From IMG/VR virus record IMGVR_UViG_3300021400_000219, positions 1 through 57,969 of that record: a stretch of DNA of 57,969 nucleotides; one strand, given 5' to 3'. Shown here piece after piece: positions 52,975 through 57,969 of this stretch. The stretch is from a virus. Every line of letters starts with the position of its first letter. Position 1 is the stretch's first letter. A program made the translations under genes and the position numbers. The notes beneath the pieces are model-generated. The model made no database searches and was not told the DNA's origin. It saw nothing but the letters and a program-made list of their open reading frames with translations.

Positions 52975-53076
52975 AAATTTTGAAAAGTGATTTTAGTTCT
53001 GGATTGCGGTTGTAGTGGCCCTGCGCGGCCGTAGTAGACATTTTCTTCGCAGGGGTGTGTGCGTGTGAGCTATATG
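52972..53076. other. Copy 2 of the conserved 22-nt box plus GC-rich element (paralogue of 28581-28680)
   Basis: The 22-mer caaaaattttgaaaagtgatttt is shared. The GC-rich core aligns with copy 1 (GCGGTT..GG.CCTG..CGGCCG...GTGTGTGCGTG). It lies between the 3D-domain gene stop and the - strand promoter. Confidence 0.3.
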
Positions 53077-53682
53077 TTACCACGCAGTTGCGATATCAAG
53101 CTGATAAATATTACGTTTGGCAAAGCCGCCAGTATCGCAAACAATGCCTAAACCAAGAGATGTTTGAACAATACTACCTCTAGGATGAACAGATAAATTA
53201 GCAGCGCACATTACATAATTACCTAACATTTTAACGCCATCTTGTCGCACCCAATATGGATATTCAGCTTCAGAAAATCCTCTATTACGCATAATGCGTA
53301 CAACTCCTCCCATAGGAAGATTATAATAAGTTTCCTTCCCAGAAGGACCATAATTAACACCCTTGGATTTTGTTAATTTAGAACCTGTCCAAGAAAATGT
53401 AACAGCTTCACTTGCTTTCAAATCATCTAATTTCTTTTGGATATCTGTTTGGGCATTATGAGCTGTCCACCATTCAGATTGAGCTGTAGTAATAATAGTA
53501 TGGTCTTCAGTATATCCTAAAGCTCTTGCGGCTTCAGCCATTTGATGTGCATAATTCTTTCGTTCTTCCAATTGGTTAATTAGACTTTCATGTTCTTCAA
53601 TTGTAGTAGGTTCAGCGGCAAAAACATTAAAAGGTAAAATAAAACTAAGTAGTAATAATGTACTAATAATAATTTTTTTCAT
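53077..53682 (-). CDS. Secreted 3D-domain (MltA-like) cell-wall hydrolase (201 aa). It is a candidate peptidoglycan lytic enzyme or endolysin
   Basis: Track ORF with a signal peptide MKKIIISTLLLLSFILPFNVFAAEP and a C-terminal ...GSIVQTSLGLGIVCDTGGF... matching the 3D (YuiC/YabE-type) domain. It has no internal TAG. Confidence 0.7.
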   Translation of the reverse strand: MKKIIISTLLLLSFILPFNVFAAEPTTIEEHESLINQLEERKNYAHQMAEAARALGYTEDHTIITTAQSEWWTAHNAQTDIQKKLDDLKASEAVTFSWTGSKLTKSKGVNYGPSGKETYYNLPMGGVVRIMRNRGFSEAEYPYWVRQDGVKMLGNYVMCAANLSVHPRGSIVQTSLGLGIVCDTGGFAKRNIYQLDIATAW

Positions 53683-53693
53683 CTAATCTCTCC

Positions 53694-55472
53694 TTAAAAA
53701 ATATAATTTGTTTTATTAATTATTTCATAATCTTCAATTAAAATTTGAGGAGAGATATTTCCACCCCATTCATTTAAATTGCAAGTACCTATAATATTAA
53801 TAATTGTAATCCCATCAGCTTTTAATGATTCAAATTCTTCTTGACTTGCTTTAAATTTAATTAAAGATAAATTATTATTTAATTGAACTTTTATAGTAGG
53901 ACTTTTATCTGGTGACATCAATTTTAAATCTTTTGAATGAATTTGGATATTTTCTATAGCAATCTAAGGCTCTGGAATTCCCTAACCCCATATTGAATGC
54001 AGAAAACCAATATCTAAAATATCCTAAATATGTCTATCCAAGTCACCATAATTCCAAATAAAATCAACTTTATAAGATGCATTAAAATCAAAATCCCTTA
54101 ATTTATTTGTAATATAATCTTTAAGCTATGTTATACAGCTATCATCAATTATACAACCAAAAGCAGAAGCATGACCTTGTGCTAATTTAACAAAATTAGA
54201 TTCTACTAAAAACTCTCTAAAATTATCTAATTTAGAAAATTGAGTATTTCTACCACTGCCGCGCCATTCAAAACAAGTAATTTCACCAGTAGTATTATCA
54301 TATTCAATATGAGAATTAAGAATTAAGGTTGGCCTTTGATATTCGTTTGCAATTTGATTTGCAATTAACCCAGTAAGATTTTCTTCTACTGGTTCAGCTA
54401 ATTGAACAATTAAAATTGGAAGATTTAATAAATTTTCATCTTGAATTTTTTTTCTTATAATTTCTAAACTCGTATCTCTCGCTCGTGTCTATCTATTTTT
54501 TACATTTGTGCAATTTCTACAAGACTATTCAACTCGAGTTTCAAACTAACCTTTACAACCTCGTTTAGTTGATGGTATTTGTTCATATGCTTTAAAATCT
54601 AACATAGATTCAAAAAGTAGCAATTTTTCTTCAAAAGTTCCTAAACGAATAACAGCATTTATATAAGGAGCTATATAAAAAGAAACACCAAATGGAGTCA
54701 ATTCTCCTCTAAGAGAATACGATTGTTTATCTACAAAAGCTTTTATAAAAGGATTTCTTAAATTATTAAATCCTTCTAAAATTAATTCTCTTGTTTCATA
54801 TTCAGTTAATTGCATCATATCTGCTATCATACCAATAGAAACTAAATCTAAAATATCATCAGCATAATTCTAACCATCATCAATTAATGAATCTATATAC
54901 TAACAAAATTTATAAACTACTCCAACACCAGATAAAGTTTTATTAGGATAATCGCAAGTTTGATTATTAATACGACAAGCAAATTCACAAATAGGAATAT
55001 CAGATTCATGATGATCTAAAATTAAAACATCTGTATTATTTTTCCAAAGAGCAAGCTATTGTTCAAAATCATTACTACCGGCATCAGGAATAATTAATAA
55101 TTTAGTGTCTTTTGGAATAACTTCTAAATTAATACCATGCTATTTCCCAGTATGAATAGTATAGCTAATATTAGCTTGCGCAGTTCCTGGAAAACGCATA
55201 TTTATGTAATTAATTAAAGCAGCTGCGCTAGTATATCCATCTGCATCACTATCTATTTGAATAAATATTTTACTACCCAATGCTAAATGTTTTAATAACA
55301 TTTTTGCACCAGTATCCATATTCTCAAGCAAAAGCGGATCTAATATATCTTCTTTTGTAGTATGCAAATAATGTTGAATATCATCAGGCTAAATACCACG
55401 ATTATAAAAAATCTATTCTATAGGAGATTCAAATAAATTTGGAGTTTGCGTTAAATAAGAATAATCCATCAT
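53694..55472 (-). CDS. RecJ-like DHH-family single-strand DNA exonuclease (about 593 codons)
   Basis: Track ORFs 55140..55367 (…IQIDSDADGYTSAAAL…), 54546..54830 and 53694..53921 share one frame. The bridging sequence contains ...VLILDHHESD... The AAGGAAGGAGGAT ribosome-binding site plus ATG ATG lies near 55470. About 8 TAG codons are internal. Confidence 0.75.
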
Positions 55473-55482
55473 ATCCTCCTTC

Positions 55483-55813
55483 CTTAATAATATTTAAAAG
55501 CCTAATAAGGAATAGCTTTTGTAGAAGGGATAATCCTAGTATTTACTATATCTAAAGAGATATCTTTATCTATATAAGAAATATTACAAGCTTCTCCTTT
55601 ACGATTATCTTGTGCTAATATAATTTTCCAACAATCATTATTATTAAATACAATTAGCCAATCTTTTGAAGACCTTTTTTCTTGAAGCGTTATATCTACT
55701 AAATTATCTTGTTCTGTTGTTGCTAATAATCTTAAATAATTTTTTTTAATAATATTTAATTGTTTAATAGCTTTTTCCATATTGCCTGACTCATACCAAA
55801 TAATACCTTTCAT
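55483..55813 (-). CDS. Hypothetical protein (about 110 aa)
   Basis: Track ORF 55502..55813 continues past its TAG to a TAA. Its ATG overlaps the upstream gene's TGA. Confidence 0.45.
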
Positions 55814-56524
55814 AATATTCTCCTTTTAAATAACTATAAAAAAATATTTTTACCACAATCTATAGGAGAATCTTTATATCCAGTTAATTTTTGTATATCC
55901 AAAATGTAAGAAACTTGAATTGAATTTTTATATTTATTCTAAATCTTTTTAAGATTTTTTAATAAATGAATATATTCACTATCTCCAAGAGTTTGAAATT
56001 GTCTATCAAAAGCAATAATAATTTCTTGTGCGCCTGCATCCATTAATAGCTACATTTGAAAACTAGAAACATTGCTGCCGCAACAAGCTACTGAAATATC
56101 ATTATCTTCTCCAAAATAAGTTCTATATAATAGGCAACTTTTTTCGCCTTCAAATATAATAGCTTTTTTTACTTTTGGAATATTACATCTTGAATTATTA
56201 AAATTATAAAGATTTAATCCAAGAGGATGATTGTATTGAATACCATTAACAATTAATGGTCTATATTTTCCATATATCTCTTCTTCTTTGACTACAGTAC
56301 GCCCACGTAAACCGATAAATCTTCCATCTTTATCAAAGTGTGGAATAGTAATCTAATCTTTTCCAGGATAAAAACCTATTTCAGCATTTAGTAAAACCTA
56401 CTGTGAAATGCCTTCATTTAACCAAGGTGCTATTTTTATATTATAATTAAATCGTTTTAAAATATCTGGATCATATTCTTCTAGGGTAATATGTGGAATA
56501 GAATATTGAATATCTTTAATGCGT
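55808..56524 (-). CDS. Primase catalytic part (TOPRIM; ...KKAIIFEGEKSCLL..., ...IIIAFDRQ...). It is in a different frame from the zinc-ribbon part
   Basis: The - strand frame opens at the ATG in ...caaattATGaacgccattaaagat (MNAIKDIQYSIPHITLEEYDPD...). It runs across about five TAG codons to a TGA that overlaps the next gene's ATG. Confidence 0.5.
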
Positions 56525-56913
56525 TCATAATTTGCTAAAAATTTCCAATCTTCTAATCCTTCTTCTTCTGGAATATCAACTTCTTGTCCAGAAATATGAA
56601 AATAATGTGCAATCCATCTAACAGCATCATTTAAATCATAATTAACATGCTATTGAATAGACATTACTTTAATGCATAATTGAAAAATATCAAAAATAGG
56701 TTCATCGCAACCTGTATAACATCTAAATAGTCCAGTATTTTCGTAGAAATATAATTTTCTTGATGCATCACTTGCGGGGGGGTTATGACAAATAGTTCGG
56801 GCGATGAGCCCAGTTGGACAATACTCTGGCTCACCGCCCCATTCATCTAACAACTAAAAGATATCATCAATAGATAAACTATCTCTAATATCTTGTTTAT
56901 TAAATGTTAGCAT
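56515..56913 (-). CDS. Primase zinc-binding part (CHC2-type zinc finger; about 132 aa)
   Basis: ATG at 56911-13 (MLTFNKQDIRDSL...). The frame runs across two TAG codons and through track ORF 56650..56853 (…ICHNPPASDASRKLYFYENTGLFRCYTGCDEP…) to the TAA at 56515-17. Confidence 0.55.
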
Positions 56914-56914
56914 A

Positions 56915-57151
56915 TTAATAAAGAGTTACTTTAGTGCAAGTGCGCATCAAACCACAGTTATCATTTACATAATCAATCAAAAATTTCTGAGGGTCAGCAA
57001 GCTTACCTTTATGAGACTTCTTTTCTTGAGCAATAAGCGCATTTGCTAACTTAGTAGGAATCAAATATTCAACAGAACCACACTTATCATGAACTTCTCC
57101 TTGCTTCGTAACTACCATTGTAAATCTTTCATTTTTTCTTAAATTACCCAT
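56915..57151 (-). CDS. Small hypothetical protein (78 aa)
   Basis: Track ORF that ends at TAA and has no internal TAG. Confidence 0.4.
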   Translation of the reverse strand: MGNLRKNERFTMVVTKQGEVHDKCGSVEYLIPTKLANALIAQEKKSHKGKLADPQKFLIDYVNDNCGLMRTCTKVTLY

Positions 57152-57166
57152 AATTAATTATCTCCT

Positions 57167-57969
57167 TTAATCTTCATCTGCATCATCTGCAAAAGCGCTT
57201 GCTACGTGTATTCTTATATCATCAATAGAAATTAAATCATAATTCCAAGTTGTTGCAAACATAGGTTTTATTCTACAAGTACCTAAATCTGATTGACACC
57301 ATAAATAAATTCCTTTATATCTACCACGCCTATTTTTATAAACAGAAATTTTTAAAGTTGGAGTTGCAAATGCCCCAGTACTTGTAATTGCTTCTAACCC
57401 TGTTGTATCCTTTTCTCTAATAGGTAAAAGAATTAATCCCAAATCTATTTTATCTGCTATACTTTTGGCTCCGCGCAATAAATTTTGATCGGGGGTTTCT
57501 GCATCTTGATAATCAGCATTTAACTAGGTAGCAGACATAATAAATATTCCATATTCATTACAGATATCTTTTAATCTATTGGATAACATAAAAAGAATAT
57601 TATCTTCACGAAGTCTTACTCCACCACTACGACGAGTAATTTCTTCTAATATTTTCATGCTAGTATGAATATAATCATGAAAACAAAATTTAATATCATG
57701 GTCACGAATATTTCTTTTTATTTTATTTTCAACATCTTGTAATGAAAAATCTGGTAAATGTTCTATATATAAAGGTGCATCTTTTAAAATTTGAGCTGCT
57801 TCTAAAACTCTATTTTCTTCATCACCTTCATATTTACCATTTAAAATATGTTCTTCATTTACATTAGATAAAAATGCTAACATCATTGTTTGAATTTCTG
57901 TTAAATCTTGCTCAGTTGCAATATATAATGTAGGCTATGAAGGACCTGTTTTAATCCATCCAAAATTTT
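57167..57969 (-). CDS. DnaB-family replicative helicase, C-terminal RecA-like domain (5' end lies beyond the window)
   Basis: Track ORFs 57524..57886 and 57167..57478 are in one frame and joined by a TAG. The sequence ...GIFIMSAT(Q)LNADYQDAETPDQNLLRGAKSIADKID... matches the DnaB H4 SQLNR...LRESGSIEQDAD region. The frame stays open to the window end. Confidence 0.7.

Noticed and set aside
56505-56530. Programmed -1 ribosomal frameshift joining the two primase parts
   Set aside because: The required shift is +1, not -1. No X_XXY_YYZ slippery heptamer is positioned correctly, and an in-frame ATG exists for independent initiation. A split gene or a 1-nt sequencing error is more parsimonious.
1-57969. 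Interpretation of the TAG-interrupted frames as decayed pseudogenes
   Set aside because: Interruptions are exclusively TAG, never TAA or TGA, over tens of kb. Frames are perfectly maintained, and essential replication enzymes are affected equally. This is the signature of codon reassignment.
1-57969. CRISPR arrays, integrase or att sites, transposases
   Set aside because: No spaced direct repeats were seen and no recombinase- or transposase-like translation was found. The two GC-rich copies differ too much (about 60% identity in the core) to be att or terminal repeats.

Overview
This window is a 58-kb stretch of a very AT-rich (about 25-30% GC) genome that looks like a large bacteriophage. 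Its most important property is that the amber codon TAG is used as a sense codon. On both strands, long reading frames are interrupted only by TAG and never by TAA or TGA. One single + frame runs about 6.7 kb, and unmistakable enzymes are each broken by in-frame TAG only. These include DnaE, NrdD, a RecJ-like exonuclease, an SF1 helicase, a primase and a DnaB-like helicase. Real genes end in TAA or TGA, often with ATGA or TAATG start/stop overlaps. The standard-code ORF track therefore fragments almost every gene. I re-stitched genes by frame continuity under a TAG=sense model; coordinates are approximate to +/-1-3 nt. The layout falls into two blocks. From 1 to 41450 on the + strand lies a late block of giant virion, tail and tail-fibre proteins (seven ORFs of about 900 to 2250 codons). 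It also holds a family-2 glycosyltransferase, a holin-like gene and a cluster of small unusual proteins, and it ends at a strong bidirectional terminator. From 41490 to the window end on the - strand lies a replication and nucleotide-metabolism block. It carries a RuvC-like resolvase, dUTPase, NrdG and NrdD (anaerobic RNR), a dNMP kinase, DnaE, a Dda/RecD-like helicase, a secreted 3D-domain hydrolase, a RecJ-like exonuclease, a primase in two frames and a DnaB-like helicase. TAG codons are about 5-10 times denser in the late structural genes than in the replication genes. Two paralogous GC-rich structured elements, 28.58-28.73 kb and 52.97-53.08 kb, share a conserved 22-nt box and stand out sharply from the AT-rich background. 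No tRNA, CRISPR array, integrase or transposase is visible in the window.
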